Numbered from the stretch's first letter, positions 19,080-29,349 are shown. The stretch is 64,000 nucleotides of DNA from Chloroflexota bacterium (GCA_965221905.1 OZ244922.1:1792001-1856000); one strand, 5' to 3'. The notes: a model not told the origin generated them from the sequence alone. Program-made: numbers and translations.

Positions 19080-19287
19080 CGAGACCTCCTTGGAAACCGT
19101 CCATGCACTAGTCTACAGTACAAGAGAGCGCGTTACTTGTCATCTTCCGACACGGTTGGAAGGGTACGCATACTTGCTTGACGGTTGGCCGGCGGTTTGA
19201 CACCATCTTCCTGTCTGTCCAGCGGATTCGCAAGTAAGTGACGGGTCTACTCTCATTGTTGGTTGACTGCATCGAGAGAGCTGAGAA

Positions 19288-20508
19288 ATGCGCCTTCGTG
19301 AAGTGATTTCCTACTTCTTCGTGCTTGGGTGCGTTGCGTTTGGCGGTCCGGCTGCCCACGTGGCGATGATGCATCGTGAGTTGGTGGAGCGAAAAAAATG
19401 GCTTACTGAGCAGCAGTTCGTCGACCTGTGGGCAGCAACCAATCTCATTCCGGGCCCTAACTCCACCGAGATGGCGATCCACATTTCTTCACAGCGGAGC
19501 GGTTGGCGCGGCCTGATCGGGGGCGGCATCGCCTTTATCCTGCCCGCAGCGCTCATGGTGACCGTTCTTGCCTGGGCCTACACCGAATTCGGTCACCTGC
19601 CGCAAGCGGCGTGGATTCTTTACGGGGTCAAGCCGGTCGTCATTGCTATCATTGTGCATGCACTGTTTGGGCTGTACAGAACCGCATGGCGCAGCGTTCC
19701 GCTCGCTTTCCTCGGAATCGTAGCGGGTGTACTCGCGCTGATGGGCATCAATGAGCTTCTTGTGCTCTTCGGCAGCGGCGTGCTTGTGGCAATAATCGCG
19801 ACTCTTCGTGGCAAACTGCCGAACATCGTGGGCAAGAACAGCTTGCTGGCCCTGCCTCTTGCTTCGCTCGCCTCGGTCTCCCCTCTCGCCAAACCGCTGC
19901 TTGGGCTCCCAACCGTGTTGTTCGTTCCCGTCGCCGCGCCTTTCGGCCTCGGGCAACTCTTTCTGACCTTTCTCAAGATCGGTGCCGTGCTCTATGGCAG
20001 TGGATATGTGTTGCTGGCATTCTTGCATGGCAATTTCGTTGAAGGTCTCGGTTGGCTCGGCGAAGACCAGTTAATCGACGCGGTAGCCGTGGGACAGCTA
20101 ACGCCCGGCCCGCTCTTCACGACCGCGTCTTTCGTGGGCTATATCATCGGGCACGAGTACCTTGGCACCACCCAAGGCGCGCTGCTGGCGAGCGCTTTGG
20201 CGACTGTTGGCATCTTCTTGCCCTCGTTTCTGTTCGTCGCGGCGGTGAATCCCTGGGTTCCAAAACTGCGAAGTTCAAAGGTGTTCAGTACCGTGCTGGA
20301 CGGGGTCGTGAGTGCGGCAATCGGACTGATGGGAGCCGTGGCAATATTCCTCGGACAGGCGGCACTCATAGACATTCCGACCGTCATAGCTGCGGGACTT
20401 GTGCTGGCATTGCTGTGGCGAACAAAGATCAACTCCGTTTGGCTGATTCTTGGTGGAGCAGTGTTCGGCGTGGCGGTGCAACTAGCGCAGCCGTACGTAT
20501 TCCCATAG
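19288..20508 (+). CDS. chrA: chromate efflux transporter (long-chain CHR family)
   Basis: FGGPAAH, PGPNSTE, YGSGYVL, TPGPLF duplicated CHR motifs. Confidence 0.92.
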   Translation: MRLREVISYFFVLGCVAFGGPAAHVAMMHRELVERKKWLTEQQFVDLWAATNLIPGPNSTEMAIHISSQRSGWRGLIGGGIAFILPAALMVTVLAWAYTEFGHLPQAAWILYGVKPVVIAIIVHALFGLYRTAWRSVPLAFLGIVAGVLALMGINELLVLFGSGVLVAIIATLRGKLPNIVGKNSLLALPLASLASVSPLAKPLLGLPTVLFVPVAAPFGLGQLFLTFLKIGAVLYGSGYVLLAFLHGNFVEGLGWLGEDQLIDAVAVGQLTPGPLFTTASFVGYIIGHEYLGTTQGALLASALATVGIFLPSFLFVAAVNPWVPKLRSSKVFSTVLDGVVSAAIGLMGAVAIFLGQAALIDIPTVIAAGLVLALLWRTKINSVWLILGGAVFGVAVQLAQPYVFP

Positions 20509-20591
20509 CTGTTTTGGGTCAAGCATCGATGGATTGCGAATGATAGAATAGAGACGAATCAGGAATTAGCAAGAAAGAGGAGTGGGCCATC

Positions 20592-21359
20592 ATGCAGCAA
20601 GTAATGCTCGGAAACTCCGGAATTGAAGTCTCCCGCCTTTGCATCGGCACCGGCACGGTTGGATGGAGTGGCTCGTCGAACCAAACGCGTAAGCTTGGCA
20701 CGGAAGGGCTGATTGACCTCCTCTGCTATGCCTATGATTCCGGTGTGCGCTTCTGGGATACTGCCGATCAATATGGTTCTCATCCCCACGTGCGGGAAGC
20801 CTTGCGCAGGCTGCCCCGCGACCAGGTAGTAATCACGACCAAGACCACGTCACGTACCCCGGCCGGCGTGCGAGATGACGTTGAACGCTTCTTGCGTGAG
20901 TTGGGCACCGACTATGCCGATATTGTGCTCTTGCACTGCCTCAAGGAGCACGATTGGACAACGCGCTATGAGGACTGCATGGAAGCGCTCACTAAGTGTC
21001 AGTCGGAAGGCTTGATTCGAGCGGTGGGTGTTTCTTGCCACGATTTCGAGGCCTTCAAGCTGGCAGCCATTACCCCCTGGGTAGAGGTAGTGCTTGCGCG
21101 TATCAACTATGCCGGCGTCATCATGGATGCCTCTCCCGAAGAGGTAATTCCGGTAATGGACGAGATGTCTGCGAATGGCAAGGGCATCTATGGGATGAAG
21201 GTCTATGGAGCAGGCAAGCTCCTGGACGATCGTCGACGGGCGCTCGGTTATGTGCTCGATCTTCCCAGCGTTGACGCGGTCGTACTGGGCATGGAGAACA
21301 AGGCAGAGGTTGACGAAAACGTCGAACTCATCGAAGAGCTAGCGGGCGTTCCGGTCTAG
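20592..21359 (+). CDS. aldo/keto reductase
   Basis: LGNSGIEVSRLCIGT, DTADQYG, ITTK, DIVLLH, RAVGVS. Confidence 0.9.
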   Translation: MQQVMLGNSGIEVSRLCIGTGTVGWSGSSNQTRKLGTEGLIDLLCYAYDSGVRFWDTADQYGSHPHVREALRRLPRDQVVITTKTTSRTPAGVRDDVERFLRELGTDYADIVLLHCLKEHDWTTRYEDCMEALTKCQSEGLIRAVGVSCHDFEAFKLAAITPWVEVVLARINYAGVIMDASPEEVIPVMDEMSANGKGIYGMKVYGAGKLLDDRRRALGYVLDLPSVDAVVLGMENKAEVDENVELIEELAGVPV

Positions 21360-21397
21360 AGGGCGCTCTGTCTGCTCACGAATGCCTATGCCCACCT

Positions 21398-22684
21398 TCA
21401 AGCGTACCCCAGGTTAGCGTCGCCGCCAGCACGCAGTTGCTCAAGCCTCGGCATGAGGTCGGCTTCTGCTATGTGCTCTTGCGTGCTTGATTGCAGGTCT
21501 CGCAGCAAGACCTGTCCTTCCGCCAGTTCGTCATCACCGACAATCACGGCGTAGTTCGCCGCGAGGTTTCCAGCCTGGCGTAGTTGGGCCTTGAGGCTGC
21601 GCGGCCGGTAGGTCATAAGCGCGCGGATACCTCGCTGCCGCAGGTTGTTCACCAAGCCAATGCCGTAGATTCCGGCTGGCTCGCCGAGTGTCGCCACATA
21701 CACGCCGAAAGGCCGGTCGTCAGCAGGCGCGACGCCCTGGCGCTGCAGATTCAGTATGATGCGCTCGATACCTGTGCCAAAGCCGATGCCGGGCAGGTCG
21801 CGCTTGCCGATCTGCCCTGCGAGGCCGTCGTAGCGGCCGCCGCCGCCCAGCGCGCTCTGCCGCCCCACCGTTTCCGGCCACACTTCGAAGACGGTGCGCG
21901 TATAGTAGTCCAGACCGCGTACCAACGTGTGATTCAGCGTGTAGCTAATGCCCATGGCCTCCAGGGAGCGCTTGAGCGTGCCGAAATGCGCGTCACAATC
22001 GGCGCAGAGGCTGTCCAGCGTGTGTGGCGCCTCATGGATGAAGGACTGACACGAGTCCTCTTTGCAGTCGAGAAGGCGCAATGGATTGCGCTCCAAACGA
22101 TTTTGGCAGTTTTCGCAGAGCTCATTGGCGTGAGAGCGATAGTACGCCGCCAGTTCTGTCATGTACTGCGGACGGCATGCGGCATCGCCAATACTGTTGA
22201 GTTGCAAAGAGATGCCGGTCAGGCCGACGCTGCGATAGAGGTGTAAGAGTAGGCTGATGATTTCCGCGTCGATTGTTGCGGATTCCTCACCAAGCGCTTC
22301 CACGCCGAATTGATGATGCTGGCGCAATCGCCCTGCCTGCGGCCGGTCATAGCGAAATATCGAAGCAATGTAGCTGAGCTTTACCGGCTGAGGCAACCGA
22401 TGCATGCCGTGTTCCAGGTAGGCGCGCACCACCGGCGCAGTGCCCTCCGGACGCAGAGTCAGGCTGTCGCCGCCACGATCCGAGAACGTGTACATTTCCT
22501 TCTCAACGATGTCCGTACCTTCGCCTACGGTACGTTGGAAGAGCCGCGTGTCCTCGAATACCGGCGTGCGAATTTCGCCATAGCCGAAAGCGGTGCATGT
22601 CTGCTTGAAGTGAGCCGTTACGTAGTTCCAATACGCTTGCTCATCGGGAAGCAGGTCGGTTGTGCCTCGTGGGGTTTGCAGCAA
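21398..22684 (-). CDS. hisS: histidine--tRNA ligase
   Basis: PRGT, LRPEGTA, FRYDRPQAGRLRQHHQ, LVRGLDYY, GGGRYD. Confidence 0.98.
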   Translation of the reverse strand: MLQTPRGTTDLLPDEQAYWNYVTAHFKQTCTAFGYGEIRTPVFEDTRLFQRTVGEGTDIVEKEMYTFSDRGGDSLTLRPEGTAPVVRAYLEHGMHRLPQPVKLSYIASIFRYDRPQAGRLRQHHQFGVEALGEESATIDAEIISLLLHLYRSVGLTGISLQLNSIGDAACRPQYMTELAAYYRSHANELCENCQNRLERNPLRLLDCKEDSCQSFIHEAPHTLDSLCADCDAHFGTLKRSLEAMGISYTLNHTLVRGLDYYTRTVFEVWPETVGRQSALGGGGRYDGLAGQIGKRDLPGIGFGTGIERIILNLQRQGVAPADDRPFGVYVATLGEPAGIYGIGLVNNLRQRGIRALMTYRPRSLKAQLRQAGNLAANYAVIVGDDELAEGQVLLRDLQSSTQEHIAEADLMPRLEQLRAGGDANLGYA

Positions 22685-22687
22685 GTG

Positions 22688-23002
22688 TTACTCTCCTGTC
22701 CGTAATGCGCCAATCCGGCGCGATACACCGGCAGCCTTAAGGCCTTTCACAAGGAGCACCTTCCGCCGCGAGGTAGCGCCGCGCAGCAGCAAGACGTCAG
22801 CCTTGGGTACGTCAAGCTTCTCGGCAAGAAATCGTATCAATTCCGCGTTCGCCTTGCCGTCCACCGGTGGCACCTGCAAACGAACGCACAGCGCGCCATC
22901 GTGTGTACCGGCAAACTCAGTGCGGCGCGCTCGCGGGCGAGCAAGGATAGTCAACTCACAGCCATCCGTGGAGTCCTGTATGTGAAAGGCCGTTCGCGAC
23001 AT
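22688..23002 (-). CDS. DUF167 (YggU) family protein
   Basis: PPVDGKANAELIRFLA ... GATSRRK; yggS-yggT-yggU synteny. Confidence 0.9.
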   Translation of the reverse strand: MSRTAFHIQDSTDGCELTILARPRARRTEFAGTHDGALCVRLQVPPVDGKANAELIRFLAEKLDVPKADVLLLRGATSRRKVLLVKGLKAAGVSRRIGALRTGE

Positions 23003-23005
23003 TGG

Positions 23006-23266
23006 TTAACCGCAAATCAGCAACACCAGAAGCCTTTGAAGAAGCTGGAGCAGGATCAGTGCAACCAACGGTGAGAAGTCGATCATGCCGGTACTTGGCA
23101 TGAAGCGACGTATAGGACCAATGATTGGCTCCGTAATGTCATGGAGCATCGCCACAATGGGGTTGGCCGGGTCCTGGACAAACCATGTAGCCAGCGCGCG
23201 GGCAATGATGGCAAAGATCAGCGCCAGCGTGAGGAACTCAACAAACGTACAAATTACTTCATTCAT
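23006..23266 (-). CDS. yggT: YggT family membrane protein
   Basis: TEPIIGPIRRFMP ... IDFSPLVA. Confidence 0.92.
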   Translation of the reverse strand: MNEVICTFVEFLTLALIFAIIARALATWFVQDPANPIVAMLHDITEPIIGPIRRFMPSTGMIDFSPLVALILLQLLQRLLVLLICG

Positions 23267-23283
23267 TCGTTCTCTGTTTCCAT

Positions 23284-24012
23284 TTACGTGATTTGCAATG
23301 CGCCCACAGACTCGCCTCGGGGCTCAGGAGGCGGTCGCTCGCCAAAAATGGCGCGGCCAACGCGCACGATAGTAGCCCCTTCTTCGATAGCAATTGCGTA
23401 GTCGTTTGTCATGCCCATTGAGAGCTCACGGCAAGGGTGGTCGGGCAGGATTGACTGCAGTTCATCGCGCATTTGCCTCAACATCTGAAACTCGGTGCGA
23501 AGAATTGCTTCATCACTGGTAAATGAGGCAATTGTCATCAATCCGTCAAAACGCAGCGTGGTGTGCGCAGCAACGTTGCGAGCAACAGTTGGCAATTCGC
23601 TGGGCAGAATTCCAAACTGGCTTTCTTTGCCGGTTACGTTTACCTGGAGAAGTATCGGTATGCAACGGTCCAGGCTTGCCGCTTGCCGTGCAAGCGCTTC
23701 GGCCAACCGGTTGCCGTCCACGGACTGGATGATGTCAAAGAGCGCCGCTGCCTGTTTTGCCTTGTTTGATTGAATGTGCCCAATCATATGCCATTCGAGC
23801 GAATCCGGGAGCGCGGGGACCTTCTCCGCCGCTTCCTGCACGCGATTCTCCCCAAATACCCTATGTCCGGCCGCCGCGGCTGCGGAAATCGCTGCCACGC
23901 CAAAGCCCTTCGAAACCGCTATCAATGTTACGTCAGACGGCGAACGTCCCGACCGTTCCGCCGCCTCATCGATGTGGGATTGCACCCGGGCTATGTTGTC
24001 CGCAATGCTCAT
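23284..24012 (-). CDS. yggS: YggS family PLP homeostasis protein
   Basis: LIAVSK, FGENRVQE, WHMIGHIQSNK, LSMGMTND, VRVGRAIFG; ATG at 24012 preferred. Confidence 0.95.
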   Translation of the reverse strand: MSIADNIARVQSHIDEAAERSGRSPSDVTLIAVSKGFGVAAISAAAAAGHRVFGENRVQEAAEKVPALPDSLEWHMIGHIQSNKAKQAAALFDIIQSVDGNRLAEALARQAASLDRCIPILLQVNVTGKESQFGILPSELPTVARNVAAHTTLRFDGLMTIASFTSDEAILRTEFQMLRQMRDELQSILPDHPCRELSMGMTNDYAIAIEEGATIVRVGRAIFGERPPPEPRGESVGALQIT

Positions 24013-24154
24013 GGTGGCAGTTACTTGCGTTTCCAGTACTCTAGTAAAGTCGCATGAAGTTGGTCTCAACGCCTCTACTTTAGCAAATTTCCGGCAACGA
24101 TGCATACTGGTCGCTCAACAGCACGCTGCAGCAGCTCGCCCCGGCGCAATCCAA

Positions 24155-24229
24155 TAGTCAAAGTGCGCTACCTGGAGTATAATTAATGACGAAATCAAAC
24201 TTGCGTGGAATGAGATAGCATCGCTATCT
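24155..24229 (+). promoter_or_regulatory. candidate htpX promoter and downstream palindromic operator
   Basis: TAGTCA-N17-TATAAT (24155-24183); AGATAGC-N3-GCTATCT inverted repeat (24213-24229) in an AT-rich leader. Confidence 0.5.
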
Positions 24230-24306
24230 TTTGGAGATATTGTGTAGGCACTTCCAGATTTCTAAATAAAAACTGTAAATCTCTAATAGTTTCTAGGAGA
24301 ATCTTT

Positions 24307-25209
24307 ATGAAGCAAAAATGGATCGGCGACGGTGGGCTGCAAATTCGCATGCTCATCACGATCTTCCTCCTAGGCGCTGTCTACGTCTTCTTCTTGGCCG
24401 CGTTGTGGTCGCTGGGCGCGGGCGCCATGACCATGCTGGTTTTCGCCGGTGCCATGCTTGGGGCCCAGTATTTCTTCAGCGACAAGATGATTCTGTGGTC
24501 CATGGGCGCAAAAGAGGTGACGCCGGAACAAGCGCCCGATCTTCACGCTACGGTGGAGCGCCTCGCGGCCATGGCGGATATGCCGAAGCCCCGCGTAGCG
24601 ATGGTCGAGCATGCGATGCCGAATGCCTTCGCTACGGGCAGAGACCCTAAGCACGCCGTTGTGGCTGTAACCTCCGGCTTGATACACCAACTGAACCGAG
24701 ACGAGTTGGAGGCTGTACTCGCCCACGAGTTGAGCCACGTGAGGAATCGTGACGTGATGGTTATTACGTTGGCGAGCTTCTTTTCGACCCTGGCATTCAT
24801 GATCATGCGCTTTGGGATGTACATGGGCTTATTTGGGGGCTTTGGCGGCCGGGGCCGCGATAATCAGGGGGGCGCAATAATTATGGTGTATATCGTGGCT
24901 GTGATCGTCTGGGTGATTAGCTTCCTCCTAATCCGGGCACTCTCGCGGTACCGAGAGTACGCTGCCGACCGCGGCTCCGCAATGCTTACGGGTTCCCCGT
25001 CTCACCTTTCTTCGGCCCTGCTCAAGATCAGCGGTCGTATGCAACGAATACCGCAAGACGATCTACGACAGGTGGAAGGGGCCAACGCCTTCTTCATCAT
25101 GCCCGCCATGAGCAAGAATTCCATGATGGGGCTGATTTCAACCCACCCCTCGCTTGAGAATCGCATTAAGCGACTCGCCGAGCTTGAGCAGCAAATGGAG
25201 CGCGCGTAG
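24307..25209 (+). CDS. htpX: zinc metalloprotease HtpX
   Basis: PNAFATG, AHELSH (HExxH), SRYREYAAD, STHP. Confidence 0.95.
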   Translation: MKQKWIGDGGLQIRMLITIFLLGAVYVFFLAALWSLGAGAMTMLVFAGAMLGAQYFFSDKMILWSMGAKEVTPEQAPDLHATVERLAAMADMPKPRVAMVEHAMPNAFATGRDPKHAVVAVTSGLIHQLNRDELEAVLAHELSHVRNRDVMVITLASFFSTLAFMIMRFGMYMGLFGGFGGRGRDNQGGAIIMVYIVAVIVWVISFLLIRALSRYREYAADRGSAMLTGSPSHLSSALLKISGRMQRIPQDDLRQVEGANAFFIMPAMSKNSMMGLISTHPSLENRIKRLAELEQQMERA

Positions 25210-25778
25210 TGAAGTTCCTGGATGCGCTGCTGGGTCGCAGCCGCCCGGTTCGCTCCCACCTGGAAAGCCTGATGAGCATCTCCACCGCTGCACTCGCCTT
25301 TGCCGCGAGCAATGGGCTGGAGAGCAAGGGCAGTGCCGGTATCTGCTTTCGCGCGTTATCATCAAGCCAGTTTGCAGATCTCCAGCGCGAACTTGCCGAT
25401 CTCCTGGATGTGAGCGGCAGAGAGACGGGCACGGATACCCTGATCAAGAAAGATGCATTTGGCTTCCACTGGGTAGTGCTCCAAGACCCTGACTTCGAGG
25501 ACCTGGTCACCACGATTCATATGGTCAGCCTAACCCTCTCCGAACACGGCTACCGAGATCAGTTGCTGGCTGCGGCTTTCCACTTCGCGGACATGGCAGG
25601 TACGGGTATGTATTGGATCTACAATTACAAACGTGGGTCGTTCTACCCGTTTGCGCCCAACGGTTCGCGCACCCGTGACAACGCTCTTGAGCTCCGGATG
25701 CAAGCAGTGGCCGATCGGGAACTGCCCCTGGAGACCGATCAGTCGAAGTGGTACGCGCTCTGGGAACTGCCTGTGTAG
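25209..25778 (+). CDS. PspA-associated protein PspAB-like
   Basis: FLDALLGR start, DFEDLVTTIH, YWIYNYKRGSFYPF, RDNALE, WYALW; coupled to htpX as in described htpX-pspAB loci. Confidence 0.75.
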   Translation: MKFLDALLGRSRPVRSHLESLMSISTAALAFAASNGLESKGSAGICFRALSSSQFADLQRELADLLDVSGRETGTDTLIKKDAFGFHWVVLQDPDFEDLVTTIHMVSLTLSEHGYRDQLLAAAFHFADMAGTGMYWIYNYKRGSFYPFAPNGSRTRDNALELRMQAVADRELPLETDQSKWYALWELPV

Positions 25779-26040
25779 CCCATTTCCAGGTTTGACGGGG
25801 AGTGCGGCTGCGGCCAGGAATCCCCGCGAACCAAATGTCTTTCGGTCGACCACTTGCTCCTTACCCAATAGCTGAAGACCGGCCGTTTATTTTCAAGCTG
25901 AGATTGCCATGGGAGGAACTTGCTAAATGTTCCCCACCGGCATGACAGGAGGGATTGCTGAGGTCGCCCTGAGTGATTTCATCTCTGCGCAAAGGGACTA
26001 CGTACTTCCATACGCACACAACTCGAGTCCATTAACAAAG

Positions 26041-26077
26041 AAAGAGGAGGCAGACATTTAGTCTGCCTCCTCTTTTT
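26041..26077. terminator. bidirectional intrinsic terminator
   Basis: AAAGAGGAGGCAGAC-attta-GTCTGCCTCCTCTTT perfect 15-bp stem between convergent genes. Confidence 0.85.
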
Positions 26078-26134
26078 GCTTTCCGTTTCATCCCACGCCG
26101 AAGCAGGAATGTCGGTGGAAGGAATAGTGTCTCC

Positions 26135-27244
26135 TTAGAAGATCGATTCCTGCGTCCGCATGTCGAAGGCGTGGCAATTTTCCACGTCAACCACCATCTG
26201 GATGTCGCGGCCGACGATGGCCTCGGCGCGCGGGTCGAGCCGGGCAACAAAGTCAATGTCGCCTGCGAGACAGTAAACGTACATTTCAGAGCCGAGAGTC
26301 TCAACCACGTCCACGCGGGCCATCAAGCCGTTGCCTTCCGTCACGTCAAGCGCGGCAGGGCGGAAGCGCGGGTCGAACATATCCTCAGGCCGCCAGCCGA
26401 AGTAAATCTTGTCCGACTCAGTCTTCGCCAGTGCGGCTGCCTTATCGGGCGGCCAGCGCAGCTTGAAGCCGCTGGTCTGGACCCACATCTCATCAGCATC
26501 GCCGGTGAGCGTTGCCTCTTGGAAGTTCATTGCCGGGCTGCCGATGAAGCCGGCCACGAACATGTTAGAGGGATGGTCGTAGATATTCTGCGGCGAGTCC
26601 AATTGCTGTAGCACACCGTCGCGCATCACTGCGATGCGGTGACCCATCGTCATGGCTTCGACCTGATCGTGGGTAACGTAGATGGTTGTAGTTTCCAAGC
26701 GCCGGTGGAGCTTGATAAGCTCAGCGCGCGTGGTAACACGGAGTTTCGCGTCCAAGTTCGACAGCGGCTCATCCATCAAGAAGACGGCGGGGTCGCGCAC
26801 GATAGCGCGTCCAAGCGCTACACGCTGTCTCTGACCACCGGAGAGCTGCCGCGGCTTGCGGTTGAGGAGCTCGCCAATACCGAGCATCTCGGCGGTCTCA
26901 CGCACACGGCGGTCAATCTCTTTCTTAGGCGTGCGCCGCAGGCGCAGACCGAACGCCAGGTTGTCATATACGGACATGTGCGGATAGAGAGCATAGGACT
27001 GGAACACCATGGCGATGTCGCGGTCCTTCGGGGGCACGTCGTTGACCAAGCGGTCTCCGATGAAGAGACTTCCTTCCGTGATCTCCTCAAGGCCGGCAAT
27101 CATGCGCAACGTGGTCGACTTGCCACACCCGGAAGGTCCAACCAGGACGAGGAACTCCTTGTCCTTAACCTCCAAGTGCATGTTGCTCACCGCGACAACT
27201 TCGCCAAAGCGCTTTGAGATGGCTTCAAGAGTTACACTAGCCAC
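26135..27244 (-). CDS. carbohydrate ABC transporter ATP-binding protein (MsmX/UgpC/MalK type), stand-alone
   Basis: GPSGCGKS, VFQSYALYPHM, LSGGQRQR, DEPLSNLDAKLR; AAGGAG RBS before GTG 27244. Confidence 0.95.
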   Translation of the reverse strand: MASVTLEAISKRFGEVVAVSNMHLEVKDKEFLVLVGPSGCGKSTTLRMIAGLEEITEGSLFIGDRLVNDVPPKDRDIAMVFQSYALYPHMSVYDNLAFGLRLRRTPKKEIDRRVRETAEMLGIGELLNRKPRQLSGGQRQRVALGRAIVRDPAVFLMDEPLSNLDAKLRVTTRAELIKLHRRLETTTIYVTHDQVEAMTMGHRIAVMRDGVLQQLDSPQNIYDHPSNMFVAGFIGSPAMNFQEATLTGDADEMWVQTSGFKLRWPPDKAAALAKTESDKIYFGWRPEDMFDPRFRPAALDVTEGNGLMARVDVVETLGSEMYVYCLAGDIDFVARLDPRAEAIVGRDIQMVVDVENCHAFDMRTQESIF

Positions 27245-27473
27245 TTGCAGCAACTCCTTCTGTTCACTTAGGTTTTCCCACCTGTGGCCATGCAGCATTC
27301 GCATGACCTTCTAAACACTGCTGTTTCTTCGCGCACGTCTTAAAGACAATGCCTATCCACCCATGCGCGACACAGTACACGTGAAGTTTACGTGATAGTT
27401 TCTCGGTCGTCAAGTATGCGTCGCTCTTTTCCCTGCATTGTCCCTAATTCGCAGCCAAGAAACTGGCGCGGCG

Positions 27474-27821
27474 CTATTGGGGGAGGAAGGCGAAGACCAG
27501 CACTATGAGAATCACGCAAACGGTGACTCCGATGATAGCGATGTTTTCGGGCGTCCAAAGAGTGGGGGCGACCGCTGCATGCTCTGACTGCTCTTCTTCC
27601 ACGAAGTCCGGATGGCAGCTCCGATGATACGTGGCGAATGTGCGGGGTGCGGTATACCCCACGGGAGCAATTTGCGGTGGCGCGCCGGTCTCTTCCGCTG
27701 CAACCACCAAGTCATCTTTCTTCGTAATGGCGCCCCCGCACCAATGGCAGATTGGAAAGCCTTCAGGGGTCTCATCAGTTGAATCTGTTTTGCGGCGTGT
27801 CTCTTCGCTTCCTTGGGACAT
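27474..27821 (-). CDS. hypothetical tail-anchored protein with CxxC...HxxC putative zinc site
   Basis: ICHWCG ... YHRSCH followed by a C-terminal hydrophobic helix; fills an otherwise empty gap, co-oriented with neighbours. Confidence 0.6.
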   Translation of the reverse strand: MSQGSEETRRKTDSTDETPEGFPICHWCGGAITKKDDLVVAAEETGAPPQIAPVGYTAPRTFATYHRSCHPDFVEEEQSEHAAVAPTLWTPENIAIIGVTVCVILIVLVFAFLPQ

Positions 27822-27975
27822 TTTCACTTCCCAGCTTATTGCCCAGTCTCAATCGCTCCTCTTTACATGTCGCCTCTAGCGCAGTACTGTCAATTCACGT
27901 GAATCTGCTCATTGCCTTCGCAAGCCGCTCCGACCGGCAAGGCAAGTCATCGGAGCGGGCAGCATGGCGCCGGCG

Positions 27976-29349
27976 TTAGATTGTCATGAAGTCGGCACTG
28001 GCTGTAAAGAGTTCCTCAGTCATAGCGCGCACGTCTTCCAATGAGCATTGTGTCGTCGTAAGTGGGTCCAGGGCAATTGCATCTTGCACGAGCCTACGGT
28101 CCTGTTCCAGGATTGCCTGTACAGTGAGTTCCTGCACGTTCACGTTGGTGCGGTTGATGCCCGCACATTGAGCGGGCAGGTTGCCAATGTAGCACGGATG
28201 AATGCCTGCGCTGTCCACCAGGATCGGCACTTCCACGTTGCACCCAGGGGGTAGGTTTGCAATCAAGTCGGTGTTCGGCACGTTGCCGTTGAAGCGATAG
28301 GGCGTATTCGTCTCAATGGCGTGAACAATAAAGGAGCAGTATTCATGGGTTCGGTTGAAGGGTAGTGAGTCCGGTCCTTCGAGATCTTTCCGTTGATTGG
28401 CAAAGTAGTCTTCGCGCCGCTCATGGCGGGCGTACATGAAGGATTGGCGAATTCTCGCTTCCTCATCTAGGTCTTGCAGCGAACTACCATTCCCCTGTGT
28501 AGTGTTTTCTTCGGCCCAGCGTTTGAGATGTTCCGGTATGAAGCGTGCGCGGTCGGCTGCAGTGCGGCGAAACCACGGCGTGTACTCCGACATGTGGTGA
28601 CTCGACTCGGTAACGAAATAGTCGAAGTGGCGCAAGATTTCAAAACGCACACTGTCTTTGGCGTAAGTCTCCGGGTCATCCATCGTTGCACGCAGGCGTG
28701 GATACAGGTCCTCCCCACGGTAGGTATTGCGCCGGAGCTGCAGAAACCACGCTTGGTGATTGATACCGGCCACCCAATACGACACTTCTTCCGGCTGCAT
28801 GCCCATGAATTGCGCAAGCCTTGCCGCCGTGCCTTGTACGCTATGGCATAGTCCGACTGCACGAATGTTGCTGGTAGCGCCAATCAGCCACATGTTGATA
28901 TTCATTGGATTGGCGTAATTGATGAGCAGCGCGTTGGGGCAGAGCTCATCCATGTCCTGTGCGATGGCTGCAAGCACGGGCGCAGTACGTAGTCCCCGGA
29001 AGACGCCGCCCGGCCCAATGGTATCGGCTACCGTCTGATAGACACCATATTGCGCGGGAATCTGCCAGTCTTTCATGCGGAGCGGCTGGCCTCCCACGTC
29101 AATGGCCGTAATTACGTAGTCAGCGCCGGTGATCGCTTCCTTTCGGTCCTGGGTGGCCGTGACAGTGGCGCCGAGCTTTTGTTCCCTGATGAGGCGCTGC
29201 ACGAACTGGGTCGTGATTTCCAGAGTCTCGCCGTCGACGTCCATGAGCGCCAGCGAACTCTCGCTGTGCTCGGGCCACGTAAGAATATCTGTCAGGATGC
29301 GGCGAGCGAAGGTTACGCTGCCAGCGCCAATGAAGGCGATTCTTGCCAT
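27976..29349 (-). CDS. melA: GH4 family alpha-galactosidase/glycosidase
   Basis: IAFIGAGS, DTIGPGG, NYANPM, GLCHSV, AGINH. Confidence 0.9.
   Translation of the reverse strand: MARIAFIGAGSVTFARRILTDILTWPEHSESSLALMDVDGETLEITTQFVQRLIREQKLGATVTATQDRKEAITGADYVITAIDVGGQPLRMKDWQIPAQYGVYQTVADTIGPGGVFRGLRTAPVLAAIAQDMDELCPNALLINYANPMNINMWLIGATSNIRAVGLCHSVQGTAARLAQFMGMQPEEVSYWVAGINHQAWFLQLRRNTYRGEDLYPRLRATMDDPETYAKDSVRFEILRHFDYFVTESSHHMSEYTPWFRRTAADRARFIPEHLKRWAEENTTQGNGSSLQDLDEEARIRQSFMYARHERREDYFANQRKDLEGPDSLPFNRTHEYCSFIVHAIETNTPYRFNGNVPNTDLIANLPPGCNVEVPILVDSAGIHPCYIGNLPAQCAGINRTNVNVQELTVQAILEQDRRLVQDAIALDPLTTTQCSLEDVRAMTEELFTASADFMTI

Noticed and set aside
27378-27394. Recurring CACGTGAA motif (11891, 27378, 27896) as a regulon site
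   Set aside because: Also occurs inside coding regions (near 18915 and 41919); too short to distinguish from chance without statistics
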